Positions 39,729-52,157 of a stretch of DNA of 64,000 nucleotides are shown in pieces; position 1 is the stretch's first letter, and every line of letters starts with the position of its first letter. Below the pieces are notes generated by a model. It was not told where the DNA came from, made no database searches, and saw only the letters and a list, made by a program, of their open reading frames with translations. Position numbers and translations under genes: made by a program. Location of the stretch: assembly GCA_011109175.1 (NCBI GenBank), contig RDEW01000023.1, positions 724,154 to 788,153 on the forward strand, in the 5' to 3' direction. Source of the DNA: Dicyema japonicum. Lineage: Eukaryota; Animalia; Dicyemida.

Positions 39729-42694
39729 ATGATAACACACAAAATATCAGTTGAGCCAATAGAACATGTGGTTTGTTTTATATTTATTAAAATTATTAAT
39801 TTAAATAATATTAAATTCAGGAAAAAATAAGTAATAATTCATCGATGTCGAAAAAATTTTTGTTAAAACCATCTAAATCATTCTCGTTCAAAAGAACAAA
39901 TGCAGAGAATAATGGTTCGAAAATATCAATGATGGTTCGCAAATGCGGTATAAACGACAATTTATCAGCCCGTAAAGTTATCAGTGCTTCTAAAAATAGC
40001 GTTGTTTTTAAATATACCAATTTTAGATTTCCTTAAGATCTTCAGGTATCAAAAATTCTGTATTTCCTTGTGAATTTTACGGAACTGTCTCAACTGATGT
40101 ATTTTGTTCATTTAATGCTAGAAATCAATGACTTCATTAAGTAGTAAATCTTCGCGTTTGAATCGAAGTATCAAGCGGAGAATTTGCTCTCTGGGAAGCA
40201 TATTTGGGAAATTTGGAACCCTTATACGACGAAGTTCAACCATTTCGACTCACAAATCCATCAATGTAGTACTATTAATTTCGTTAATTCCAGTGTAATG
40301 AACCACAATACAAATTGATTAAGCTTAGTTTTACTTTGGTTGTCCTGTACATAATATATTTTAGATTGGCAAAACCAAAATCGGATTCGATGTTTTACGT
40401 GACAATTCCATGCATTTTTATGTAAGTCAGATTGATCCCGAGTGTTGTTTTGAAGTGGCAAGCAACATCAAGTTAATGAATTTTATTAATTTTGCAGTAT
40501 TGCAGATATCCTAATGCGAGTGAATGGAAGGAGAGTATATGACATGTCAACGAGTAGTCTTCTAAAATTCATAAAAAACCTCAAAGGAAAAGTATCACTT
40601 GAAATTCGTCGCATAAATCCTAAACGTCTAACAGTTGTGGTTAAAAAATCTGAGGAAACTGGTTTGATAATATTATTAGGCCAGCCACATTTGGACTACA
40701 TCTAGTAAAGGGAATGGGAGATCACAATCCATTTGACAATAATTGGTACATCAGATATTCAGATCCAAAAAATTTAATGACCTCAACTTCTCCCGTGTCA
40801 TACGATCAGCTTATTGAAGTATATTTTAATATTTATTTTGATTAATTACAAACCAATGGATGATTTGAGTGAACAACAAGTTCGTAAAATATTATCACAG
40901 CATGACTCCCTTATTCTGACACTTCTTCACAACACATTAAGGTCCAAAATTATCGCTTCAGAAGATTCATTTGACGGTTTCTTCTCTATTTTATATTTTC
41001 AGACATGCCAGAGTCTATGAAGTTAAAGGATTTTGTAGTGGCTAGAAAAGTTCTTGAGATGTACTTTTCTTTATAAATCCTGAAAGGCCATCAATTGAAA
41101 TGGAGTCTGCAAGACTACATAACGGGGTGAATCATACCCTCAGTCACGTGTCTCTTAAGTCCAGGAGATTAGCTCTTGTGGTATGCTATTTTCATTAAGT
41201 TAGAATACAACTCGATGCTTTGATCTTGGAATAGACCAGTATTTTTTACTTTAATCCAAGTTTAAAAAAACCACGAATGGTTGTAATAAACAGAAAAGGG
41301 CGTTCTCCTGGTTTTTACGTTGAATTCGTCTCTCGAATTAATTCCGTCTTTGTTTCAGAAATTTTTGAAGACTTTCTCGTAGCAGGGAACCTTCTTGTTG
41401 GAGACCAGATTCTCACAGTAAATAGTTTTTATATTTAAGATAAATGATATAAACGTAGAAGGAATGAATGACTCTTCCTGTATTCAACTTCTTAGCTGCA
41501 CAAGAAACCCTGTCTCAATGACTGTTTCATATAGATTTGGCGGTATTATAGTTGATTATTTAAGATTATGTAACCTTATCTGACTCTGCTTTTACCAGAA
41601 ACAGGGGATTTTGTTTAAAGTAGAGGTTCAGTTTATTTCAGAGCGTTTTTTGATTACAGTCCACCGAACCAGATGGATAAAAATGGATACATAAAACAGA
41701 AAATATTATTCGGAGACGTGTTTAATGTCATAAAGACGTTGAACGATGATTGGTGGATTATTGAGGATGAAAATGAACCAAATGTGACTAAAATAATCCC
41801 AAGCTATAGAACGTGAATTGTTTAATATATTTTAGTGTTGGTAATATTCGTGAAACTACTAAAATTTCTGTTTACTCTAGTTTTTATTGTAGACTTTGGA
41901 CTATGCTGGGGCTGATGGAGTATTTCTCAAAGAAGGTCATTTTATAGTCATTTAAGATTTAAAAATTGTTAGTTATTGCTTAGTGGAACGAAGAACTGGT
42001 TTGCTTTTATTTTTTTTATTTTGCAGTGAATTATAAAAGACCAGTCGTATTGGTTGGTTTTGGAAGTGATGTGGTTGCCAATTTTTTGTTGCGGCGATTT
42101 CCTGCCCAGTTTTGTGTTTGTCCTTATGGTAGCTTTTTGAATTATCATAGACACGACTGACTCTGGGTTGTGTGATATTTCCGAAGATACCTTTAATTTT
42201 GTTAATGAAAGACAATATAAAGCAAATCTCCAACAAGACAGCTATATTGATTCTCAATTTATTAATGGATTTTATTATGGGCTTTCTATTTCGGTGGTTA
42301 TTGACAAAAGTAATAAGGTCGGTTAGTTCATAATTTGTAGAACCTAAGTTCAATATTTGTAAATCCAAAGAGATCGTTTCTTGATTCGATAACTCGTGAG
42401 AATATATATCCTATTGTGATTGTATTAAAGCCAAGTACTGAGTAAGTTATTTCTATTTATATGTAGACTCTCAGAGACAGAAGATGGAGAGGAGTTGAAG
42501 AATGAACATCAGAGAGTATCAATAATGCAAAATGAATTAGGTCATTATGTAACAGGTAATCATTATTATCTTTTATAGCCTGTGTGGATCATTCAATATA
42601 TCCAAATGAGATATTCAATGCAGTCTTATCTCTTATTATGGTTAATAGTACTACTGAATTTTTTGTACCCATTGATCATTTAGTTTCTTTATAA
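39729..42694 (+). CDS. DLG1: Discs large-like MAGUK (3 PDZ, SH3, guanylate-kinase-like); about 22 micro-introns; start uncertain (39729 or 39845)
   Basis: PDZ1 IGFDV..DILMRVNG; PDZ2 FGLHLVKGMGDHNPFDNNWYI..DQLIE|IN; PDZ3 PGFYV..GDQILT|IND; SH3 AFFDY..FGDVF..DDWW..IIPS; VSYCLVE..VNYKRPVVLVG; IYPIVI; ends FFVPIDHLVSL*. Continuous frame with 21-28 nt introns, one of them GT-TG. Confidence 0.88.
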
Positions 42695-42769
42695 AGTTAT
42701 TCTTTGTATTTTTAACAAAATGCAGTTAATAAAATAATCACGTGTAGGTTAATCAACAAATAATTAATT

Positions 42770-42960
42770 AACACAGCCATCCAAAGTGGACCCGCCGACA
42801 TTATCGACGTTGCGTTGCCTCTAACTATTGCAACAGAGATCAACTGGAGAAGCCATCGGGTCTCACGTGCGTCGTGGCTTTTTATTGTAACTAGGCGTCC
42901 AAGTTTCTTTAGGAAGTGAGGCGATTTTCCACTTATTCCTCCTGTTGTCTCGACCAAAAT
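42770..42960 (-). mobile_element. CRE-like 3' end fragment
   Basis: LVETTGG..RETRWLLQLISVAIVRGNATSIMS; similar to 5440-5610. Confidence 0.75.
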
Positions 42961-43559
42961 GGAAATTATTGATTGTATCTCAACAAAGTTAAAATAACCA
43001 AAAAATCTTATTGATTTCATTAAATTGTAATGAAATACAATCAATAATGTAATCAAATTAACACAGCCAACCATCCAAAGTGGACCCCGCCGAAAAAAAT
43101 ATAAATCAATTTGTAATGTTTTATTAGGAAAGAAAAGAGAGTAAACGGTTATATAGTGGCTGCCCTGACTCCGTGGCTATTTCCTTTCAGGATGGCGAGC
43201 GAGATTTGCTCAAATAACAAGCGCTCCGAGGGTCTCCTGTTCATGTAGCGATCCGATTCCCTAGACGATTCAAGAATTCCAGTGTCGCAGGCGCAAAGGA
43301 ATCAGACGTCTCAACGGCGAATGGAACAAACAAAAAATACTTGGATAGGACTGCGTACTTTTCCCGTTTCATCTTCTCGGCCTTCTCAGCGGCAGAACAG
43401 GCTCCAGAGGTACTCTGAAGTAGGTTACAAGAGGCAAACGTGTCGGTGCAGGCAACGTCCCATACAAAAGGTTTCCCGGCTTCAAGAGGGAGGATTATCA
43501 TCCCATAAATCAATTGTAATTAATTAACACTAATATTCGAGCTGAATTCTTCTTTGGGC

Positions 43560-44690
43560 ATTGCCCCTTTGTATCACCCTCACTGCTCCACTCATGTACC
43601 ACTCGAGAAATCGAATCACTAGAAAAGACAGCTGTTTCTACTGGTTCCTCTTTGCCGTCACTTCCGAGTTCAGAGCCTTTTGAGATAAGATGATTAGTCA
43701 CTCCTGTAACCTCATCATCATAGTTATCAACTTTTAGCCCATGTCTATGTTCGACTATCATGCTCTCTAAAGTTTTTTAATCGTCATTGATTGAATACGC
43801 ACTTGTAGAGAAATCCACGTTGAGTCTTTCCATATAGGACTTGTAGTACTTTGTTACTACTCCATCCCATGTCAAACTATCGGAATTATTGTCACCTTGG
43901 CCCTGTGAATTTGTGCTAGTTCTCCTGCCAGAAGGTCGTATTTTGTAAGTTTTTCCACTTCAATATGTTTTAGCAAATCTTGGGAAGTGATCCCTACTTC
44001 TATTAGTATTATTTTGTTTTTAGATTTGTGGTGTATGAAAATATCAGGTTCGTTATTTTGAACTTGTATGTCCGTTTTTAGTGTTGCATTGACTCGTATT
44101 TCAACTTTACTGTTTGACACAATCGATTGGACTGTATGCGTCTTTACCCTTTTGGTTCTTTTTATTTCAAATTGACGACATAGTTATAGGTGTACACATC
44201 TTACAACTTATATAGCACCGCTAAGTATCCTGGTAAATCGTGTAGCCAGGTGATCCACTCTTTTTGGCCATTCCACAATGACTGCAATTTGCTTTCATCT
44301 CTTCAAAGAACAGATTCCGATCCTGTATCATGCAGTACATTGCTTTCAACTTTGGACTAATGTTTCCCCCAGTAAGCCATTCTGTTGATCCACTGATATT
44401 GACATTTGTATTTTCAAAACACTTGAATATAGTTGAATGAAGCAATTTCTGATTGATCAAATTATTCTTCTTTTGATGTTTTTTATAATGGCAGTTTAAG
44501 TTAGATAGGTCATCCAAATTGTATTTGAGTGCAATAAATCTTGCGATAGTGTCATATGTGTTTCCCTTTGTTTTAGGACCCGCAAGATTCTTGCCCTTCG
44601 AAGACACATGGAAGATTTCCTCTCAAGGTCGGTCAAAAATTGAAATAACATGCATTCACAATTTCTGATAATGAATAACTTGCACTGAGC
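43560..44690 (-). mobile_element. R4/Dong-like element 3' region
   Basis: IQDRNLF..CSHC, EPDIFIHHK..ILIEVGITSQD..EK..KYDLLA..IIPIV. Confidence 0.8.
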
Positions 44691-45695
44691 GCCACCACAA
44701 CAACAGGTGAACCTCATGACGCCACGCTACCGATCAGGTTTAGGATAATTTTGAGATCTCCTTCTGATGTGGCGATTCCCTGCTACATTCATTCCTTGTA
44801 AGTTGCCGTGCCTTGACCAACTCAATCTTATGCTCCAACACCGGATTGAGTCTGGACCCCTGCTTAACACGGTTGTCCAACAGTGGACAACAAACGCCAA
44901 AGAACTTTATTCACCAAAAGGACTGAGGTGAGATCAAATGTGAGAATGTGCTAAAAGAGTTCGAAAAGTCCGCAGATATTCATCGAATTCCTGGCTCAAT
45001 GTCTTCCCGGTTCGCGCAGTTCATACATTTTCACAGAATGTGTGCCTCAAGAAGTCCAAGAGACTAAAGACGCATTCTGTCAAATCCATAGTCAATACTC
45101 AGAGATAAAATCTGATTGAACACATCCATAAAGACAAATACGGAGATTTTTGTCCACGATAAGATGAAGTTGTGCTTATTGAAATTACTTCTAAATTACC
45201 GAATAACACTTAAGTAGAAAGTAAGAACGATTCATTGGGTGTAGTGCTTCAGTCATACCTATTGTTCTAAGATGGACAATGTTGTTTCGAAGGCTTATAA
45301 ATCTCCCTTGGGAACCATTCCAATCCATGCAGCAAATAGAACATGCATTCAATCCGTTGTCCTCAAAATACGTTGGAGAGCAGGCTTATAAATCTCCCTT
45401 GGGAACCATTCCAATCCATGCACCAAATAGAACATGGATTCAATCCGTTGTCCTCAAAAGACGTTGGAGAGCATGCTGGTAGAGTATACAGATGGAGTGC
45501 GTAGTATCCATAAAGATTTGGTTAGAGCAACCAATCACCTGGTGGAATTACAAATCAGATCTATGACGTGCTAGGTAACCAGGGTGAGTATGGTGGGTTT
45601 CAAATCAATGACTCCTCTTCCAAAAGGAGAATGGTCTAAAGGTGATTAGTAACATTGATTTAATTGTGTTTTCTGTAAAAAGTAAAACTCGGTTA

Positions 45696-46168
45696 TTAAA
45701 AACAATCACAAAATGGACGTGTTTTAGTTTGTTTGCAATTACATAATTTGTATGTTTTCGTCTCACAAACAGCGAATGTGACAGGACGGGACAAATTGAC
45801 GACAATCACCTTATTACTGGATGGATGTGTAATTTCATGGGATCGGTCACAAAATGGCTAACAATCAACCTTTCAAGGATACCTGACTATGGCTGTATCC
45901 ACAACTACACCAATTGTACTTTTTATGAGCAATCAACTTGACCATTGCAGGTTGATTGGAGTAAACTCTTCCCTTTGGCGGACCTTCTAATGAGTACATG
46001 CCTAAATATATTTTCATAATTACCAGGAATATAAGGTTCTTCTACATGTCTTGGTTTATATTCGTGTATATTGCCAAATGTCTTGTTTTTTGGTCTAAAG
46101 TCCATAACATTTCGAATATTTTCATATTTCACAGTATGTCTTTGAAAAAGCCTCACTAAAGGCAACAT
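45696..46168 (-). CDS. CISD3: Mitochondrial CDGSH iron-sulfur domain protein 3 (MiNT); 3' end uncertain
   Basis: Spliced with 22- and 25-nt GT-AG introns: MLPLVRLFQRH..GRVYSNQPAMVKL..KKYNWCSCGYSHSQ|PFCDRSH..RPVTFAV..YKLCNCKQTKTRPFCD; two tandem CDGSH motifs. Missed by the ORF track. Confidence 0.88.
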
Positions 46169-46699
46169 TAATGTTAATAATTCAAATGTTTTTAAATCCT
46201 CAATAATTATTAAAAGATAAAATTTCTTTAATATTTTTGTGTTCTCACAATGTATTAAAGTGATTTTTATACTCAATGATCAGAGACTTCAATCCAAAAC
46301 TGCCAAATTAAAAAAAATTCCCGCTCTTACAAAACCGATGTCATTCCTGAAAATAATAGTGACAATATTTTCATTGAAATAATGGATAATCACGATGAGA
46401 CGACATAACATTTTATGAATGAAATAATGATTCCATAGAATATTCATTTATGCATTATCATTAATAAATTAGATGAGTCGCTTACAAAATATTGCTTCAA
46501 ACGCTGAAAAATTATTATGAATTTCTAAAAAAATATCCGACGACATAAAAAGCAGCTGCAACATAGGAAAAAAACTGAATGCAGTTAGGTACTTTTCTTT
46601 CAACGTCTCGAAGGAGAGACTGTCATCAGATGTTAGAAAACAAAAATACAGATGAAAGTTTCCTCTCGAGAACTCTGGTCAGAAATTCGATTTTATAAG

Positions 46700-47579
46700 N
46701 NNNNNNNNNNNNNNNNNNNNNNNNNNNNNNNNNNNNNNNNNNNNNNNNNNNNNNNNNNNNNNNNNNNNNNNNNNNNNNNNNNNNNNNNNNNNNNNNNNNN
46801 NNNNNNNNNNNNNNNNNNNNNNNNNNNNNNNNNNNNNNNNNNNNNNNNNNNNNNNNNNNNNNNNNNNNNNNNNNNNNNNNNNNNNNNNNNNNNNNNNNNN
46901 NNNNNNNNNNNNNNNNNNNNNNNNNNNNNNNNNNNNNNNNNNNNNNNNNNNNNNNNNNNNNNNNNNNNNNNNNNNNNNNNNNNNNNNNNNNNNNNNNNNN
47001 NNNNNNNNNNNNNNNNNNNNNNNNNNNNNNNNNNNNNNNNNNNNNNNNNNNNNNNNNNNNNNNNNNNNNNNNNNNNNNNNNNNNNNNNNNNNNNNNNNNN
47101 NNNNNNNNNNNNNNNNNNNNNNNNNNNNNNNNNNNNNNNNNNNNNNNNNNNNNNNNNNNNNNNNNNNNNNNNNNNNNNNNNNNNNNNNNNNNNNNNNNNN
47201 NNNNNNNNNNNNNNNNNNNNNNNNNNNNNNNNNNNNNNNNNNNNNNNNNNNNNNNNNNNNNNNNNNNNNNNNNNNNNNNNNNNNNNNNNNNNNNNNNNNN
47301 NNNNNNNNNNNNNNNNNNNNNNNNNNNNNNNNNNNNNNNNNNNNNNNNNNNNNNNNNNNNNNNNNNNNNNNNNNNNNNNNNNNNNNNNNNNNNNNNNNNN
47401 NNNNNNNNNNNNNNNNNNNNNNNNNNNNNNNNNNNNNNNNNNNNNNNNNNNNNNNNNNNNNNNNNNNNNNNNNNNNNNNNNNNNNNNNNNNNNNNNNNNN
47501 NNNNNNNNNNNNNNNNNNNNNNNNNNNNNNNNNNNNNNNNNNNNNNNNNNNNNNNNNNNNNNNNNNNNNNNNNNNNNNN
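46700..47579. other. Assembly gap (880 N)
   Basis: Run of N. Confidence 1.
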
Positions 47580-48117
47580 GCATTGGATGATACAGTACTT
47601 TAGAAGATCAAAGATCATTTGGTAATTTTGGATGATAACATTGCGAAATATTTGCCGAATAAATTTGATGACGATTGGGATCAAAATCCAAAGTTAAAGT
47701 AATACCAGCAAATCTAACATCAATTGAATGTGAATTGACATCAAAATCAACGTCAAATAGGATATATAAAATGAATCCCTTTTTAATTTTTGGAGAACAT
47801 ACATTTCAAAATATCCTATCTCAGAAAAGGCTATGAGTACACTATTACCTTTTCCTGCGTCTTACTTATGTGAGTTGGGTTTTCAATATATACATCTACC
47901 AAAACTTCCGTGATATAAGGATACATTTGTCAACAATAACTCCTAACGTTACACAACTATGCTATGATAAAAAGTTACCTCAATGTTAACATAAAAATTG
48001 TTTATGATTATTACGATTAAGTTTTAAGTGAAAATTGTAATAATTGAATTGGAAGGGTTCCGTACAAAAAATTAGCCCTAAAGGGTTCCGCGAGCACCTT
48101 AAAGTTGGGAACCACTG
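47580..48117 (+). mobile_element. hAT (Charlie/Buster-type) transposon 3' remnant; may begin at ~46390, before the gap
   Basis: LLPFPASYLCELGF dimerisation motif; right TIR GTTGGGAACCACTG ending at 48117. Confidence 0.7.
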
Positions 48118-48119
48118 AG

Positions 48120-49500
48120 ATAGACTCTGTATCATGCAAGAGATCTCTTTGTGCGTTATTAACAGATTCCCGCAGCTATGGAGGAACCATCACTAATAGT
48201 GATCATAAACTGCTTGTTGCACGTTTCAGGATAAAAAGATATTTTGGAATAGATGGAGCTAGAAAGAAGAGAGCTTATCTGGATCGTTTTATTGTGGAAA
48301 AATTATACTTATGTGAGAAGACCTGTAAAAATTATTGTTTGACAATTAAGAAGGAGATTGTNAATAGTGATCATAAACTGCTTGTTGCACGTTTCAGGAT
48401 GAAAAGATATTTTGGAATAGATGGAGCTAGAAAGAAGAGAGCTTATCTGGATCGTTTTATTGTGGAAAAATTATACTTATGTGATAAGACCCGTAAAAAT
48501 TATTGTTTGAAATTAAGAAGGAGATTGTGTACATAAATATGGGAAACCCCTCAGTGATGATTTGGAATGCTACTGTTGATGGAACAAAGTAAGCAAGTTT
48601 CGACGTGCTTGGGGAAAAAAGCCGGCAGGATTTAGAAGAGTCTTCGATTAAAAAATTGAACCATTATCAATTAAACAAAAAATTTTGGCTGAGAATAAAA
48701 TCGTGTACAAATAATGATACTTACAACGAGTTAAGTAGAGAAAGAAATCGTACTGTCAAGGAGATTAGAAGGAGGAAGATGGAAATTTATATCAAGAAAT
48801 TTAACGAACGTGTCAGTGAAATTGAGAAGTTGGGATACGGAACGCAAATATCTCGTGCTGTTCGCCTTTTGCACAGTCCAACATATGTATATTTGTATTC
48901 ACGACAGTCAAAAAAGAAATGTATTGGATAATAAAGAACATAACCGAGATTATTGCCGAACATATTCAGGATTTTTGAATAAAAATGAAACCTCATATGT
49001 GGAGCCATTTGAGAAATCACCAAGAAGTCTGAATCTACCTATCTCTACAAAGCAAACTAATAAATTAAACAACAACACGGCAGCGGGACCAGACAACATA
49101 CATGGAGAAATCAATCCCCTTCAAGAAAATCTCGCTGTAAATACAATCTTTATTTATTTGCTGGTTTACAGTGAATCCGACCATTTATGAGTACACGACG
49201 TATACACTTGTCAATTGCCTCNGATAATAAAGAAAATAACCGAGATTATTGCCGAACATATTCAGGATTTTTGAATAAAAATGTAACCTCATATGTGGAG
49301 CCATTTGAGAAATCACAAAGAAGTCTGAATCTACCTATCTCTACAAAGCAAACTAATAAATTAAACAACAACACGGCAGCGGGACTAGACAACATACATG
49401 GAGAAATCAATCCCCTTCAAGAAAATCTCGCTGTAAATACAATCTTTATTTGCTGGTTTACAGTGAATCCGACCATTTATAAGTACACTACGTATACACT
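48120..49500 (+). mobile_element. RTE-like LINE, endonuclease end plus linker, with two assembly duplications
   Basis: LLTDSRSYGGTITNSDHKLL; KLNNNTAAGPDNIHGE. Confidence 0.75.
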
Positions 49501-49619
49501 TGTCAATTGCCTCAAACTCAACTGGTTCAATTTCAATGACTTCTATATAATAATCATATAAAAAGTCGCTCTGCATAAATATACTTCGTCACATTAGTCT
49601 TCACGACGTTACTATATTT

Positions 49620-51520
49620 GTCTTTTAATACGCCAAGATATCAATAACATCCAAGATCGTCAAGTAACATAGCTTTTTCATCCAAACATTCAACATTTAT
49701 GGCTGATTTGTAAATATTAGGCTCCAGTCCAGCTGCATCAAAAAAATTTCCAACTTAGTTCATCATTCTTACCTTTGTGTCATCCTCATAGGATATCAAT
49801 TTAAGATCATCCATAAACAGCAATTGGTTGGTAACATAAATAAGAGTAATTCAGTCAGCGTCCATGGTCACTTTAGGGTATTTACAATTTGATAGTCGAC
49901 TCAACGGATCAATCAATAATACAAATGACTGGGGATAAAGAATCTTTCAGTAATATTCCCCTTCTTAGATTCACCACACCAAGCAAATTTCCATTAAATT
50001 TTAGTTGGAGTGTCCACATTTTCATAAGTTTTTTTTTATAAACATAATAATCCATATAGGTAATCCGGTGTTTTCTAAAACTTCGTACAAAAAGCCATGA
50101 TTCACAGAATCAAACGCTTTCTTTACATCGCTCCAAGTCGAGCGTAAATTGGCTGACTGTTTGTTAATGCATTGGTCAACCAAGGCTTGTTCTTTCGCGC
50201 CCTGGCACATTCTACGAGTTCCTAACTGATTATCACTGATTAGATCGAATGCTTCAATATATTTGTTTAGCTTGCTATTCACCCACTTTGTTGTCAATTT
50301 ATAGAGGTTAAACATGCACGTGATCGGTCTAAGGTCCTTGGAGAGTCACAAACTTCTTTCTTCGGAATAAGGTGAGTGATACCAGTAAAAAACCATGACT
50401 CAGGAGTCGATTTCTCTTTTATCATCTTTTCATTTTCTTGGTGTATATGATCATGGAGGGACGTAATCTTCTTAATAAATAATTTGTAGATCCCATCACA
50501 GCCACACGCTCTCAAATTTGGCAAGAGTTGGATTATTCCCAGCAATCCTTCTTTCGAGAAGTCTCCTCTTCCCCAGTAATCCTTTTGGATATAGAGAATC
50601 CCACATCCTTCTTATCCTTTTCCTTCCACATGTTTTTCCAAAAAACTGAACATTCTTCGATCTCAAAATTGTACACAGAACTGCGGCCTTCCTCTGTCAT
50701 CTTCCTATATAAGCGCCCTCTACTAAGCTCAAAGCATAAATTGTCTCTTTGAAATTCCTCTCGACTTGTGCATCCTATTCTTTTTTCCAACAATTCTAAT
50801 TTCTTCATTGATTATACACCACACTTTCTTCAGATCTCCTTTTTTTGACTTCTTGTATGCAAAAGCACACAAAGCTTCTCTCATTGAGTCATCATACTTC
50901 TGATTTCCAGATAACCCAACTAGTGCGGTGATTTTCCCAGCGTGAGTCTTTAGTTTTGTAAGTCGCCTATTCATTTCCTCTCCTTGTGAACAGTAGCAGT
51001 AAGTGTTTCATATGAGCACTGTGTAGCATAAAGAATATCTGTAATATCTTCCATTGTATTCGGGGGTGTACCATTGATATAGTATCCCACAACGTAATTC
51101 ACTCCGGATAATGTATCCATTTTGAGAAACCGATAAGGAATTTTCCTTGTTGGTTTTCGTTTATCCAGGAAAATCGACTTGATCTCTTGAATCTGGCTTG
51201 AAAACTCTTCCAAAAACTTAGTGAAACAGGCAATCTCCGATTTCTCGGCGCTCTGCCGATTTCCTCCTTGGTGATAAGTAGTATTCTGTACATCAGATTT
51301 GAGAAATAATTTCACATTTGCCACAGATTGAAAATTTCTTAATCGAATTACAACGGAAACTCTTAAAGGAGGCTAGTTTACCGAGCTGCCCTCTACTCCA
51401 TACACTATCGAAATATCTCATACAGAAATTTTTAGCCGATGCCACGTCCAATGAAAAGAGCTGACGTTTTGCAATAATCCTTAAGGGAAAGAGGCTAAGG
51501 TAACCTCTAGCTTGATTCAA
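49620..51520 (-). mobile_element. R4/Dong-like element, 5' region through RT, frameshifted
   Basis: FELSRGRLYR, ACGCDGI, GITHLIPK, NQLGTRRMCQGAKEQAL, DVKKAFDSVNH, LLFMDDLK. Confidence 0.85.
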
Positions 51521-52157
51521 TCATCCAGTTATAACTAACTAATTGGAAGATCGACCCACTCATATGTATGATCAAGTAAATTTATCAATGAGTATTTAGA
51601 CTACCTGCAGACATAAAGAAAAGATTTTATAGTTTAAACTGAAAATATTGACAGATTAAGACACAATCATAATTTCTGTTTAATATATTAATATAATCGC
51701 AAAAATTGATATCAAATCAGTAATGATAAGATAATAATGACATTCCAATGGATTGATAAATAGAAATGAAAAAAAAACTTTCCTTGTATAGAAAACACAT
51801 GTGATTCCAGTCTTCACGAATCAATCCTCATGTTAGTGAAGGTAATTTGGATCAAATCAGTAATGATAAGATAATAATGACATTCCAATGGATTGATAAA
51901 TAGAAATGAAAAAAAAACTTTCCTTGTATAGAAAACACATGTGATTCCAGTCTTCACGAATCAATCCTCATGTTAGTGAAGGTAATTTGGAATTGTTATT
52001 TCATAAATTTTATTGGATTTTATTTTTTATTCTATCTGATATATAAAGAGACAAAAATTAAATTAATTATTTAAAATTAAAAATATCAAATCTGATTACC
52101 TTATCTCTCTGATATCGTTCACTTAAAAAAGAAATATTTCGGAATATTATTGAATTG

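Noticed and set aside
46626-47684. Three long ORFs in the ORF track
   Set aside because: They are translations of the N gap
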